This document shows, one piece after another, positions 17,274 to 27,739 of a stretch of 64,000 nt of DNA. The position numbers were made by a program, and so were the translations under genes. The notes beneath the pieces were generated by a model, which searched no databases, was not told the DNA's origin, and worked only from the letters and a program-made list of their open reading frames with translations. Position 1 is the stretch's first letter, and each line of letters begins with the position of its first letter. The DNA comes from a virus (lineage: Duplodnaviria > Heunggongvirae > Uroviricota > Caudoviricetes), in the IMG/VR virus record IMGVR_UViG_3300044557_000292, positions 96,001 to 160,000 of that record. One strand, given 5' to 3'.

Positions 17274-18539
17274 ATGCCTGATAACTCATTCCTGAAAGAC
17301 CCATATACTAGGGATACGATCTTCTCCCTCATGGCTGGGATAAAAGCTCATAATAGTCAGATGATTGTTGGCAATCCTGGTCTTGGCAAGTCAGCGTTAG
17401 TTAAGATGCTGGCTCGGGAGATGCTTCACGCTGACATGATAACGATCATAGGATCACAAAAGGAACCTCAGGACATCACTGGCTTCCCGAGGATGGTCGA
17501 CAAACCACTCACGGAAGGCAATAAGATCAGTATCACCAAGTATGCTATACCCGAATGGGAGTTCATCATCCTTACCAGGAAGGTCGTCCTCCTATTCCTC
17601 GATGAGTTCAGCAATTCTACACCGCCAGTACAGTCGTCAATGCTCCAGATACTTAACGAGAGGGAATTCCCTGATGGCATGAAGGTTCCAAAGGAGACCG
17701 TCATCATAGGGGCTATGAACCCGGTGGAGACCGCCGCTGATGGATACGAGCTCGGACTTCCCGTGTCTAATCGTCTCAAATTCATACCGTGGGAGCCATC
17801 ATTCGAGTCATGGGCGTCTGGAATGCTTTCCAATTGGGGTCACCCTGGGGACATTAGTGCTGACGAGATGTACTGGAGGAAGAAGATCGTAGCATTCCTC
17901 AACAAGAACAGGAAGCTCGTGTACAAGCTCCCTGAGAAGAATCAGAAGAGTGATCCGAATATCGTGTATCGTTTGAACGACTCGCCGGCTGAGAATGATA
18001 TCTTCAAGAAGGCCTACCCAACGAATAGGTCGTGGACTAATCTTGCCAAAGAGCTTCCGTACTGCAGGTACTCTGAAGGCGCCGGGAAATATGCGCCATC
18101 ACTCATCAGCAAGTCGGCTAACGGGCTGGTCGGTTATGAGGCGGCGAAGAGCTTCATGGAATTCCTATCTGTAAGCCAGACGAACATACCAACCCCAGAA
18201 CAGGCCTTATCGCATCCTGAATCAATACCGTACAAGTCACTTGACTTCAATGAGCTCGGCAAGCTTTATGAGAATTGCATCACGTATGCTGGCAAGAATG
18301 GTGACAGGGCTATCAAACGTCTCTTCATGCTCACCGAGCAGTACATTAAGAACGGCCAGTCGGGAATGTATACCATGCAGCATGCTCCTGCCGTCAAGGT
18401 CATGAGGATGATACCCGAGGGTAAGGAGGCTGTTAGAAAACTGGACAAGATGGTGTCTTCTAGTAACGTTGGAGAGATCTTGTCGGGATGGGGTGATCGT
18501 AATAATGACGTTACGAGCCAGGCAACGGATATAATCTGA
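17274..18539 (+). CDS. MoxR-like AAA+ ATPase
   Basis: Walker A GNPGLGKS, EPQDITGFP, Walker B LFLDEF, GAMNP, NRL, PTNRSW. Confidence 0.88.
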   Translation: MPDNSFLKDPYTRDTIFSLMAGIKAHNSQMIVGNPGLGKSALVKMLAREMLHADMITIIGSQKEPQDITGFPRMVDKPLTEGNKISITKYAIPEWEFIILTRKVVLLFLDEFSNSTPPVQSSMLQILNEREFPDGMKVPKETVIIGAMNPVETAADGYELGLPVSNRLKFIPWEPSFESWASGMLSNWGHPGDISADEMYWRKKIVAFLNKNRKLVYKLPEKNQKSDPNIVYRLNDSPAENDIFKKAYPTNRSWTNLAKELPYCRYSEGAGKYAPSLISKSANGLVGYEAAKSFMEFLSVSQTNIPTPEQALSHPESIPYKSLDFNELGKLYENCITYAGKNGDRAIKRLFMLTEQYIKNGQSGMYTMQHAPAVKVMRMIPEGKEAVRKLDKMVSSSNVGEILSGWGDRNNDVTSQATDII

Positions 18540-20344
18540 TGCTTAGGAGGAGAAGAGATCGCTCATATGATCTCACTGATGATGAGGAAAAGATATGGAT
18601 CGCATCAGTGAGCGGAGCAGCGTTAGCGTCATCACTTCTACGTGAGACCATGATGCTACTAAGACCCTACAAGTCGAAGATTGTTGATGTGGCAGGTATA
18701 GACGATGATTGGAGGGTCGCTATTGGTCCAAAGTTCTTCACGTACCGTCAGGCCGAGCGTGAGGCAATCGTAATCCATCTTTGCCTTCACGCCGTGTGCA
18801 ATTACTCGAATCGTTCACGGAATGCGGGCCAGAATGACTCCAGCATGTCGAGGATCGCTCAGGATCTTGAGATCAATCAGATGGTCATTACGCTGAGCAG
18901 GGTGAGGCTGCCCGCGGGATCGGTTATCCCGAAGATAAGTGGAGCGGAGCATAGTGATCTTAGGGTAATTGACGTACCTGTTGGTAAGAGCATGGAACAG
19001 TATTACCAGATACTATCGCATGATTATGGAGGCAATGCTGACGACAGCAGTCAAGACGCTTCTGATTCTAATCAGCCTACTCCTATGCAAGCTAGTCAAA
19101 GTCAATCTGATAGGAACGATCAGCCACAATCAGATCGTGAGCAATCTTCAAGTGAACCGTCAAGTCGTTCACAGAAACCATCAGGTCAATCAGAAGAAAG
19201 TGATAGGAATAAAAAGCAGGATAAGAGACCTGGTAGCGCACCTCCTGAAGATCGGGAGGATTCGAACGATAGGGGAAACGGGGCTGTCGATGACTCCAAA
19301 TCTGATGATCAGAATGACAGCAATGAGCAATCTGATTCTTATGGTCAGGCTAATCCTAATGATCAATCTAATAGATCTAATCAGCCTAAGCCTGGTGGTG
19401 ATGAAGATGCGGGTAATAGATCTGAAGATGGTGGTCGTGATGAATCGAAGGACGATGATCCTGGCGACACCTGGTCGATGACTGATGATGAAGATGAGAG
19501 CTCGTCAGATTCTGATAGCAGTCAATCAGAAAAGAATCACGATGTCTGTGCTAATGCGTCTGAGTCTGACATCTCGTCGGAAGCAGATCAGGCGGGCGTA
19601 CCGAAGTCTCGTAATGACCAGAAGGTGACAGCTACATCTAAGATGATAGAGCAGGCTAATCACATAGCTGCCATTACTGGCAGAATGCCCGGACTGGGCT
19701 CAAAGGACAAGCAGTTCGCGGTCGACGTGTCTAAGGCCGCGAGCCCACCAGATCTTGATTGGAGGAGGAAGCTGCTGGCCGTCAGTCAAGATCTCATGAG
19801 CAAGCAGGCGTACAAGAAGACTGATTATTCCTTCAAGAGGGTGAATCGACGAGGATCAGCATTCATGAGGGATGTAGCCTTCCCGAGCATCATTGGATAC
19901 AATCCTAAGATCATGATGGGGATAGACACGTCATACTCCGTGTCTCATGATGAGCGCCAGATGGCATCGATTGTTAGGAATGCTCAGGAGATCATGAAGA
20001 CTGTCACTAGGGGCGGTAAGGGGGCGTTCAAAGCGTTCTGCGTTGATACTCATCTTAAGGACACGCAGATCGTTGATAATGTTGACGATCTTAACCTTAC
20101 CGGCGGTGGTGGGACAGACATGAGCCCAGCGTTCGAGTATATTAGCAACATGAATCGTAGGGATAGGCCGGACGTGTTCATCTTGGCCACAGATGGAGAG
20201 TTGAGTGAATCCACGTGGAATAAGTGCGCTAAGGCTTGGCCTAAGAATGTGAAGGTCATCATTCTGATAACAGACTCTTACTACATGGACAAGATTCCGA
20301 AGTGGCTCTTTGATGAAGCGTCGGTTATCGACATCTCCGGGTGA
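18539..20344 (+). CDS. vWA-domain partner of MoxR (DUF2201-type) with degenerate metallopeptidase N-domain
   Basis: HLCLH..AQDLEINQ; acidic linker; LDWRRKL; MIDAS-like IDTSYSV, GGGGTDM, TDG; translationally coupled to the ATPase. Confidence 0.85.
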   Translation: MLRRRRDRSYDLTDDEEKIWIASVSGAALASSLLRETMMLLRPYKSKIVDVAGIDDDWRVAIGPKFFTYRQAEREAIVIHLCLHAVCNYSNRSRNAGQNDSSMSRIAQDLEINQMVITLSRVRLPAGSVIPKISGAEHSDLRVIDVPVGKSMEQYYQILSHDYGGNADDSSQDASDSNQPTPMQASQSQSDRNDQPQSDREQSSSEPSSRSQKPSGQSEESDRNKKQDKRPGSAPPEDREDSNDRGNGAVDDSKSDDQNDSNEQSDSYGQANPNDQSNRSNQPKPGGDEDAGNRSEDGGRDESKDDDPGDTWSMTDDEDESSSDSDSSQSEKNHDVCANASESDISSEADQAGVPKSRNDQKVTATSKMIEQANHIAAITGRMPGLGSKDKQFAVDVSKAASPPDLDWRRKLLAVSQDLMSKQAYKKTDYSFKRVNRRGSAFMRDVAFPSIIGYNPKIMMGIDTSYSVSHDERQMASIVRNAQEIMKTVTRGGKGAFKAFCVDTHLKDTQIVDNVDDLNLTGGGGTDMSPAFEYISNMNRRDRPDVFILATDGELSESTWNKCAKAWPKNVKVIILITDSYYMDKIPKWLFDEASVIDISG

Positions 20345-20513
20345 ACGGCTAGGTCTTAACCGTATCTGCGCTCAAGATTCACTCTTAGAGTGTGGAAATA
20401 AACTGAAACTTTATGATAATATCATAATCTAAATGCGCGTATGGCGAGCCGATTGGTACCATATTACACGTCACACAAGGGATGTGGCCTTTACCATAAG
20501 CAGGGAGAAGATT

Positions 20514-21545
20514 ATGACAGATCAATTGTATTCGGCTAGACCATTCGTGTCTCACGCCGGGCCGGATGGGAACGGATTCCGAGAGGAAGTCCTCGTCACG
20601 AAGGGCCGCGGAACAGTCGTAGACATCAGTAAGGAGAATGCATCTTCGGTTCAGGTGGAGATTAACGTTCCAACCCTCAAGTACGGAAATCTGAACGGAT
20701 GGCTGAACAAGTACATTCACTATGATGACGCTAAGAGCGCGGATGAACAGGAAATCAACCCAGAGTACCAGTTGGCATTGGACGCTATCAACGATGGATT
20801 CCCAGTGGATTTCCGGATTGAGCATCAGCGTAGGAAGAAGACGAAGAGGGATAAGGATCCAATTGATCCAAAGACTCCAATATATGAGCTTATGGGGGCT
20901 GACGAGAATGGATCTAATAAGCAGATGAATCTTGTCGGTGATACGACAGTGAAGCTTTTGGTTGGTCTTGGTAGGCCAGGTGAGCACATGCTGTTCACGC
21001 AGGATACAACAGATCCAGCTGAGGATCCTGATAATTCTGGTCCAACGTCAGCAAGACTATCAGGCCATGCTGAACGTGCTACACCCCAGCGTCACTCGAA
21101 TGGGTTCAATGAGGTACAACCTTGGGTAGGACAGAATCCCAGCGGAGAGGTCAATCCAGGATCGTATGCTGTAGACGCTTCGATTGACTTCTTCTTCTGG
21201 TTGAAAGACTATGCTCTCACCCATAATGTTGATGGCCTTGAGGGCAAGAGGGTTAGGATACTAGCCATTCACCTCGTGAGACTGGCTGATGACCTGCAAT
21301 TGGCCATTTACAATGATCGTCTCGACGCTCCCGATCGTAATATCGGATCATATCGTGAGGTTAGGTCAATCATCAAGAAGACTATTGATCATTTGTGTCC
21401 GTTGACGAATGATGACGTTGCTTCCAAGGACGCTATCAAAACGTGGATACAAAGGGTGTATGACCTTTCCCTTGACGTATGGAAGTGGGCTGTGGAGGAT
21501 TACGCCGAGTCAATTGACGTCAGCCCGTATGGTGAAGATGAATAA
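20514..21545 (+). CDS. Hypothetical protein
   Basis: Long ORF; AGGGAG SD; GGTACCAT motif upstream at 20455. Confidence 0.75.
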   Translation: MTDQLYSARPFVSHAGPDGNGFREEVLVTKGRGTVVDISKENASSVQVEINVPTLKYGNLNGWLNKYIHYDDAKSADEQEINPEYQLALDAINDGFPVDFRIEHQRRKKTKRDKDPIDPKTPIYELMGADENGSNKQMNLVGDTTVKLLVGLGRPGEHMLFTQDTTDPAEDPDNSGPTSARLSGHAERATPQRHSNGFNEVQPWVGQNPSGEVNPGSYAVDASIDFFFWLKDYALTHNVDGLEGKRVRILAIHLVRLADDLQLAIYNDRLDAPDRNIGSYREVRSIIKKTIDHLCPLTNDDVASKDAIKTWIQRVYDLSLDVWKWAVEDYAESIDVSPYGEDE

Positions 21546-21570
21546 CAACGATCATGCATATCTTAATCTA

Positions 21571-21729
21571 GGAATGACCGAAGGGGAATGACTACAGGAG
21601 AAACCACACAGGTTGTGTTTACGGGTTTCACCCGGATCATTGATTCTCCTTGCCCCTTCGGTTGTTCTTTTCATTGATGTGCCTCCTGGGATTGGGCGGG
21701 GCTGCCTGAGGCAGCCCCGCCCAATTTTT
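21571..21729 (+). ncRNA. Candidate structured small RNA (~160 nt)
   Basis: ATATCTT promoter motif at 21558-21564 with no ATG at the expected start; 16-bp stem 21571-21586/21653-21668 enclosing smaller hairpins; ends at an intrinsic terminator. Confidence 0.6.
21691..21729 (+). terminator. Intrinsic terminator
   Basis: Perfect 16-bp stem attgggcggggctgcc-tga-ggcagccccgcccaat followed by a T tract. Confidence 0.9.
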
Positions 21730-21766
21730 CGTGTTAGATACGATTCGTTTTGGTACTATTATCATC

Positions 21767-23080
21767 ATGAATGTAAACGGGGATAGAAACAAGAATCATA
21801 ACAAGAATACGAAGATTCCACTAAGAGGTGGAAGATATGATTCCCTTCCCTACGCTATACAGACGGCTACGGATTGGTTCCAGTCCCTGGGGATAGGCTA
21901 TGAATCGGTGAAGAGACTAACGGTAAATGCTCCAACGCATCCAAACCTGAAGAACATGAGGCCAAAGAATCAAAGAGAGATCATTGATCATGATAAGATC
22001 GCTCTTAAGAGCATGATAGAAAATAATGTGGCCACTCCAACCATGTTCGGATCAGTCGGAACGCTCCTCATCCTCAACGATAAGACGTCTGTAGAAGCTC
22101 TTCTATCATTAGTGACGGGTGATGATCCCCATCCGGGAGGAGTAAACGTTGAGGGGAAGCTCAGGAAGATCGCTTCAGACGGAATGTTCATTGTCATCAC
22201 TGCCCCAGGGAACATTTCAGCCGTTGGGAAGATTAGAGAGTACGTTAACAATCTTGGTATGGGTTTCAGCGACCCGAAGAAAGATTCCAACGGTGAGATC
22301 AACGCTATTCTAGGCTCATGCTCGTTGACATCATCTGTGATAAGCGAGTTGCGATCGTATGTTGGTGACAATTATGAGATTCTGCTTCCCGTAATACGAT
22401 CAATATCACAAGACTCCAGTCGTGAACAGAAGTCAATGACGTTTGAGGATATTCTCATGAGAATACCCAACCCTCCCGGTGAGATCCAACCATGGAGCGT
22501 CCGCGAGGATAAGGAATCTGGTGTTAAAAGTCGCGAAGGGCTTGACGAGCTGTGTGCTAGGGGAGATGTTGATGGTGCAGTCCAACTCTTCAACAGAATC
22601 ATGAAGGGAGGAAAGCTCCCGATCATTTACTCCTCATGGTTCTTGAGGAGAATGATCAATCTGAGCATCATGCTTATATTGATGGACGATGGCTACTCAC
22701 AGGAAGATGCGGCACACGCGGTGGGATCCGGAGGACCAGGGTACACGAAGGGTAGACCAGATCCGTTCAACGGTCTCGGCGGCTGGTCTGACAATCATCT
22801 CATCGCAATAGCTACTAATGGTGATACCTGGCATGGACGCGCGGGTGAGGGCAAGACGCCTGGGCGCGATGATCTTATATGGCTCATTCTAGAATTGAAT
22901 GCTGACAATGCGGCCATTCATGGGGTCAGCAACGGTCACGCGGTGTCCGGAAATGATCTAGGGGACGGGTCAAATGATAACAGTAATACTATAATGGTTG
23001 ACATGATCGTTAAGTCCGCATTGATCTTCAGTGGCGTGCATCGTGAAGACATTGATGTTGACTTGGAGGTAGTCCTGTGA
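21767..23080 (+). CDS. DNA polymerase III delta (HolA)-like clamp-loader subunit, divergent
   Basis: ELRSYVGDNYEIL and LDELCARGDVDGAVQLFNRIMKGGKLPIIY resemble HolA domains II/III; GGTACTAT-N7-ATG start. Confidence 0.5.
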   Translation: MNVNGDRNKNHNKNTKIPLRGGRYDSLPYAIQTATDWFQSLGIGYESVKRLTVNAPTHPNLKNMRPKNQREIIDHDKIALKSMIENNVATPTMFGSVGTLLILNDKTSVEALLSLVTGDDPHPGGVNVEGKLRKIASDGMFIVITAPGNISAVGKIREYVNNLGMGFSDPKKDSNGEINAILGSCSLTSSVISELRSYVGDNYEILLPVIRSISQDSSREQKSMTFEDILMRIPNPPGEIQPWSVREDKESGVKSREGLDELCARGDVDGAVQLFNRIMKGGKLPIIYSSWFLRRMINLSIMLILMDDGYSQEDAAHAVGSGGPGYTKGRPDPFNGLGGWSDNHLIAIATNGDTWHGRAGEGKTPGRDDLIWLILELNADNAAIHGVSNGHAVSGNDLGDGSNDNSNTIMVDMIVKSALIFSGVHREDIDVDLEVVL

Positions 23081-25311
23081 AGATTAAACTTAAGAGCATT
23101 CACCTGAGGAATTTCAGGATCCATGAAGATTACACTTTCACGCCAGATGAGACTGGAATCACGGCTATCGTCGGGGCTAACGGCAAGGGCAAGTCTTCAA
23201 TCATAGATGGGCTTGCCTGGGCGCTGTACGGTACTCGTCCGAACAGTAGCATGAAGAACTCCTCGTGGAGGAGGATACAAGCATCAGAAGATGATCCGTC
23301 ATATGTTCAAGCCGATATGTCTATCAATGATCAGAATATAACGATCAAACGTTCGATAGTCAACGCTAAGAACGGCGCCCAGCAGTGTGAGTGCTTTGTT
23401 GACGGTAATCTTATAGCAGGACCTGCCGTCAGTCATGCTGAGAAGTGGATCACTAAAACCATAGGATTAGACGAGGATAGCTTCCTGTCGACGATACTCG
23501 TCCAACAGAAGCATGTTGACGAGCTAGTGTCAGCAGGTCAGGCGGAGAGACGACGGATTCTAGAGCGTCTCACCGGGATCGAGGCCGTGTCAAGAGCATG
23601 GCAGTCAGCTAAAGATGATGCCAAATCTTATAGTAAGACGGCCGAGATGTACGGAGTAGATGACGATAAGCTGACAGAGCTTGAAGCTGAGGTCCAGAAG
23701 AATGATGCTCTGAAGAGGAAGTCTGAAGACAAACTCGAAAAGCTCAACGAGAAGTTCAATAAGATTGACGATGCTGGAAGGGCGTTGAGGAGGAGGGTTG
23801 ATGAGCTTGAACAGAAGGGACGGAATTATCGTGATCTTAAGAACTCAGAATCAAGACTCAGTGCTGAATCGTCAATGCTTTCAGACAGGCTGGTTAAGCT
23901 GTCAAAGCGTAGAGATGATCTGAAGAAGGTGCTCCCCAAGGTCATAGCTTCATCTGAGGACATGGAGGTCATGCAGGGCAGGCTCACAGAGCTTAATAGG
24001 AAACTTACCGAGCTTAGGGTCCAATTGTCCTCATGCAATGCGGCCATTAGTAGCAAGCCTACAGATGAGGAGGTAGCAGGAGCGGAATCAAAACGATCCG
24101 TGTTGTCTGATTCGATAAGTAAGATCGACTATCAGTCACTGATTGATAAGATTGCTAGTATCAATGATTCCATAGCATATGATCAGGCTAGGATCAAGCA
24201 GTCGAAGAAGTCCATGAGGGAGCTTGATCGCGACGGGGTGACGGAATGCCCAACCTGCCTGCAGCCGATAAGTGATCCAGAGCACGTCAGGAAAGAGTTG
24301 AACGGGAGGATTGACGAGGCTACCCATGACGAGGAATCAAAGCGCGGTGAGCTAGACGATGCTTCTAGACAGTTGAATGACTATCAGAACATGGTCAATG
24401 ATCTTAAGCAGATAAATGACGATATTAAGATCATGAGAGATCGCATTGACGGGGCGAAGAGATCTGAAGAGCAGTCTATAATCATTAACTCTGACATTGA
24501 TAGCGTGGAATCAGAGGTAAAGAGTCTTAACCAGACGATGAGGAGATTTGACGCTGATTCCGTCAAGAGAGACGAGTATGAGAGAGTGAGAGACGATCTT
24601 GCGGACGTCATGGGAAGGTCATCGTCAATCGACGCTGATCTTAATAATATTCGTAAGCAATTGTCCTCCGTGTCGGGTGGGTTCAGTGAGGACAAGCTTA
24701 AGAGTCTTCGCGAGGAGTTAGACACTAAGAGGGATGCTAGGGGTAAGGTCAATGCTGACCTGGCTGCTGTCAAGGGTGATATTAAGCTGTATGATAGCAA
24801 TATTCAATCCACGTCACGGACGATAGACATGGTAAAGAAGCAGATCGACGCTAGGAAGACGCTCCTGTCAGAATTGGAGATAAGCACTAGTTCTGTAGAG
24901 GTGTTGGGCAAGTTCAGATCCCACATGATCTTATCGTCTATACCCCAGGTTACGGACTATGCTTCAGATCTTGTCATGAAGATTACGGATGGGAGATTCA
25001 CGTCTATCCATATTGATGGCAAATTCGCCATCAACGTGGAGAGGGATGATGGGATAGTGGAGAACGTGTCGCAGCTCAGTGGTGGAGAGATGAGTCTCGT
25101 GGCTATCTGTCTACGGCTTGCCATCAGCGTCATGCTGTCTAACGGGTCACCATCACTCCTAATCCTAGATGAGATCTTGACGGCCATGGATGAGGACAGG
25201 GCTAGCGAGATCTTGACGGCCATGCAGAAACTCTCTAATGGCGGACAGATCATTATCGTAGCCCATAATGAGATCATTAAGAGCATAGCGGACAAGGTCG
25301 TAGAACTGTAA
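23077..25311 (+). CDS. sbcC: SbcC/Rad50 SMC-like ATPase
   Basis: GANGKGKSS, long coiled coils, CPTC zinc hook, LSGGE signature, LILDE, H-loop. Confidence 0.93.
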   Translation: MKIKLKSIHLRNFRIHEDYTFTPDETGITAIVGANGKGKSSIIDGLAWALYGTRPNSSMKNSSWRRIQASEDDPSYVQADMSINDQNITIKRSIVNAKNGAQQCECFVDGNLIAGPAVSHAEKWITKTIGLDEDSFLSTILVQQKHVDELVSAGQAERRRILERLTGIEAVSRAWQSAKDDAKSYSKTAEMYGVDDDKLTELEAEVQKNDALKRKSEDKLEKLNEKFNKIDDAGRALRRRVDELEQKGRNYRDLKNSESRLSAESSMLSDRLVKLSKRRDDLKKVLPKVIASSEDMEVMQGRLTELNRKLTELRVQLSSCNAAISSKPTDEEVAGAESKRSVLSDSISKIDYQSLIDKIASINDSIAYDQARIKQSKKSMRELDRDGVTECPTCLQPISDPEHVRKELNGRIDEATHDEESKRGELDDASRQLNDYQNMVNDLKQINDDIKIMRDRIDGAKRSEEQSIIINSDIDSVESEVKSLNQTMRRFDADSVKRDEYERVRDDLADVMGRSSSIDADLNNIRKQLSSVSGGFSEDKLKSLREELDTKRDARGKVNADLAAVKGDIKLYDSNIQSTSRTIDMVKKQIDARKTLLSELEISTSSVEVLGKFRSHMILSSIPQVTDYASDLVMKITDGRFTSIHIDGKFAINVERDDGIVENVSQLSGGEMSLVAICLRLAISVMLSNGSPSLLILDEILTAMDEDRASEILTAMQKLSNGGQIIIVAHNEIIKSIADKVVEL

Positions 25312-25391
25312 ATCTACGCGTCTAGCTCTTTTCTATGATAGTTAACGTTTACCGATTCATAAGATTATTACAGTGCGCTCAGGCATCAGAA

Positions 25392-25485
25392 GATGCGTTC
25401 TAACGCGCTGTGATCCGTGTGAGTAAAAAAACACATGCCACGCAGGGTCGAGCGTCTATGGCGCGTTAGAATGCGTCTAATGACG
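25392..25485. repeat. Palindromic repeat R2, copy 1
   Basis: Internal dyad ttctaacgcgc...gcgcgttagaa; 31 nt (25442-25472) are the exact reverse complement of 27862-27892. Confidence 0.88.
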
Positions 25486-25578
25486 TATAGGCAGTCCATT
25501 GACTATTAATTCCTCACGGAATAAGATAAGGTATGACTGACGTTAAAGCCCACGTCGCTCAAGACATATCTTGAGCAT

Positions 25579-25956
25579 ATGAAAATGATGTTGAACAATG
25601 CTGAACTTGAGGAAGAACTTGAGGACATTTGGGAGCACGTTCTAGATCAATATGATGCTCCACGGCTCAGCATTGTCTGCGATGAGCCTAACGAATCAAC
25701 AGATACGATGAATGGCACGTGGTTGTGGATGCAGGAAGATGGGTATAATCTCCTCAAGGTTGATAACGGGCACGCTAAAAAGATTGTTACAGATGATCTT
25801 GACGAGATTCTGTTCAGGGCATTACTCCCGAGTGTTCATGATATAGCATCTAGCATTGACGGTGATTGTTCAGAGAATGAGATTAACGTCTTCTCCTCAT
25901 TGGGAGAACGATGGGAGCATAGAATGGTGGATGAGCTCAATCGTCATCATGAGTGA
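25579..25956 (+). CDS. Acidic protein resembling polymorphic-toxin immunity protein Imm63
   Basis: TDDLDEILFRAL..IA..E..LGERW pattern; ATATCTT-N6-ATG start. Confidence 0.45.
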   Translation: MKMMLNNAELEEELEDIWEHVLDQYDAPRLSIVCDEPNESTDTMNGTWLWMQEDGYNLLKVDNGHAKKIVTDDLDEILFRALLPSVHDIASSIDGDCSENEINVFSSLGERWEHRMVDELNRHHE

Positions 25957-25963
25957 CTGATTC

Positions 25964-27739
25964 TTAGTCTTGCTTAGAGAAGAGGCCGTTGAATAATCCC
26001 ATGATCTCATTCTTGTGCTTGAGCAGTGGCTCGTAATCAAACTTGTGATCGTACTCGTCTGTAGTAGCGGTGAACGATGAGTCAGAAGCAATGCCATCAT
26101 CTTGATTCCTCCAATGCATCCATAGCTCACCCGCCCTGGCAAAGATCTCGGTTGGCGCGATGTAATTATCGATGTTAGTGCCAACGGCCTGCGTCCTGTC
26201 AATGCTTGCCTGGTAGTCTTTTATGATTGATCTGAACTCTGGCCTCATGGACAGTTGACGGCCACCGGAGTCCTGCGTGAAGTCCAAGTGATGCATGTAC
26301 TCGTGGGTGAATGCGCTTGGTGATCTTGGATCAACCGCTATGTTCACGAACCTCGGGGTGTAGACTCCGAGCGCATGATGTCTTCCGGTCTTCCTGAACC
26401 GGAAGTTGGCCCGCACCCTGGCCTTGGGTAGGCGAGACCTGTACGCATCATACTCCCCGGATATCCTTCTCAGCTTGTCAAGATCAACGGAATCGTCTAT
26501 CTCAATGTGGGCGAAGTCCTTACTGAACACGCTAGCGCCTGCTGCTCTCAAATGATCATCATCAATGTTCTTCTTGTCCTCAAACACGGTAGCACTGTGC
26601 TGAGCATTAATCCTCATAGAGTATGCTCGGTTAAGCTCACCGTTCCTCTCATCGTCAAGCGTATCAGATAGATAGCTCATCACATGCTCATTAGCATTGG
26701 TCATCGCGTAGGGAAGCATCTTCCTTTCCCTATCAATCTCAAATAAATCAAAGTCTTCCCTATTCTTCAAATCATACCAATTACCAAGCATTCTCTTGTG
26801 AGCGTTATCATACTCTCTTCTGATCTCACTGAAAGCCCTGTTCTCATAGTCCGGTAGTGCGGATTCTCCCTGGCTTGACAGGAACTTGTTCAGCTCTTTT
26901 GGACCCCTCATGTCATCTGTTATACTCTTATTGACGATTGTCCGTTTACTCCTGTTAAGGATACTGCCTACAATCTCGTACTTGAATCTTCTCCGATCCT
27001 CATCGTCATCAATAACATGGAATGGAATCGTGTTGATAGCCTGACTGGTAGCAATCATAGACCCAAGATTCACCATGTGAACCTTAATGCCAGATCTACG
27101 GTACTGCGCGTAAGCCTTCAACCATTTGCCTGGAGTCTTCCTCGTAACGATATACCATTCACCATCTTCGTCTTTATAGACATGCGGATCTGACTTGGGA
27201 TTCTTGTTCATATCCATCAGCGTCCAGTGAACACTCTGGGGGACATCACCGTCATTTTTGGTCACATGCTTTCCGTAGAGATTGGAAAGAGCAATGGTAG
27301 AATCACCATCAACATCTCCATCATAATTGTTCTCAATGTACTTCCCCAGCTTTGATAGACCAGAGACGACCGTATCATCTGATTTAAGCTCGGGGACTTT
27401 GCCCGTACGATCGTCTTTAAGAGGCACGTTGTCCGTAAGGAGCGTCGTGATGCGTTCAGTATTGACAGCACTTTCCCGGCGTGGGTCATCTTCAGTACTG
27501 TCGTTATCTCGTGGAGAATCGTTCCCAGTATGATTCTTCTTTCTTAGCTTATGACCGTTATCTTGGAGAGCCCCCAGGGCATCATCCTTAGATTTCCTCT
27601 CGTTGAATGCTTCCATAGCGCTTTCATCGTACTGGACGTGTGATTCCGGCGCGTGGAATCTACAGTGCGATGGATCTTTAGCCCTGCATCTGCTCATGTA
27701 CCCAGTCTTTGTAGACAATCCCATCCAAGCCATATCCAC
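25964..27739 (-). CDS. Tag-2 protein with C-terminal zincin/LPD1-like polyvalent-protein domain
   Basis: N-terminal CRAKDPSHCRFH..H; C-terminal ALGVY..HEYMHHLD..YIAPTEIFARAGE; AGGAG SD. Confidence 0.75.
   Translation of the reverse strand: MDMAWMGLSTKTGYMSRCRAKDPSHCRFHAPESHVQYDESAMEAFNERKSKDDALGALQDNGHKLRKKNHTGNDSPRDNDSTEDDPRRESAVNTERITTLLTDNVPLKDDRTGKVPELKSDDTVVSGLSKLGKYIENNYDGDVDGDSTIALSNLYGKHVTKNDGDVPQSVHWTLMDMNKNPKSDPHVYKDEDGEWYIVTRKTPGKWLKAYAQYRRSGIKVHMVNLGSMIATSQAINTIPFHVIDDDEDRRRFKYEIVGSILNRSKRTIVNKSITDDMRGPKELNKFLSSQGESALPDYENRAFSEIRREYDNAHKRMLGNWYDLKNREDFDLFEIDRERKMLPYAMTNANEHVMSYLSDTLDDERNGELNRAYSMRINAQHSATVFEDKKNIDDDHLRAAGASVFSKDFAHIEIDDSVDLDKLRRISGEYDAYRSRLPKARVRANFRFRKTGRHHALGVYTPRFVNIAVDPRSPSAFTHEYMHHLDFTQDSGGRQLSMRPEFRSIIKDYQASIDRTQAVGTNIDNYIAPTEIFARAGELWMHWRNQDDGIASDSSFTATTDEYDHKFDYEPLLKHKNEIMGLFNGLFSKQD

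Noticed and set aside
21552-21674. 40-codon minus-strand ORF (MKRTTEGARR...) with a perfect AGGAGG SD
   Set aside because: The promoter motif and terminator T-tract point to + strand transcription, and the peptide is not hydrophobic or toxin-like. Kept only as an alternative to the sRNA model.
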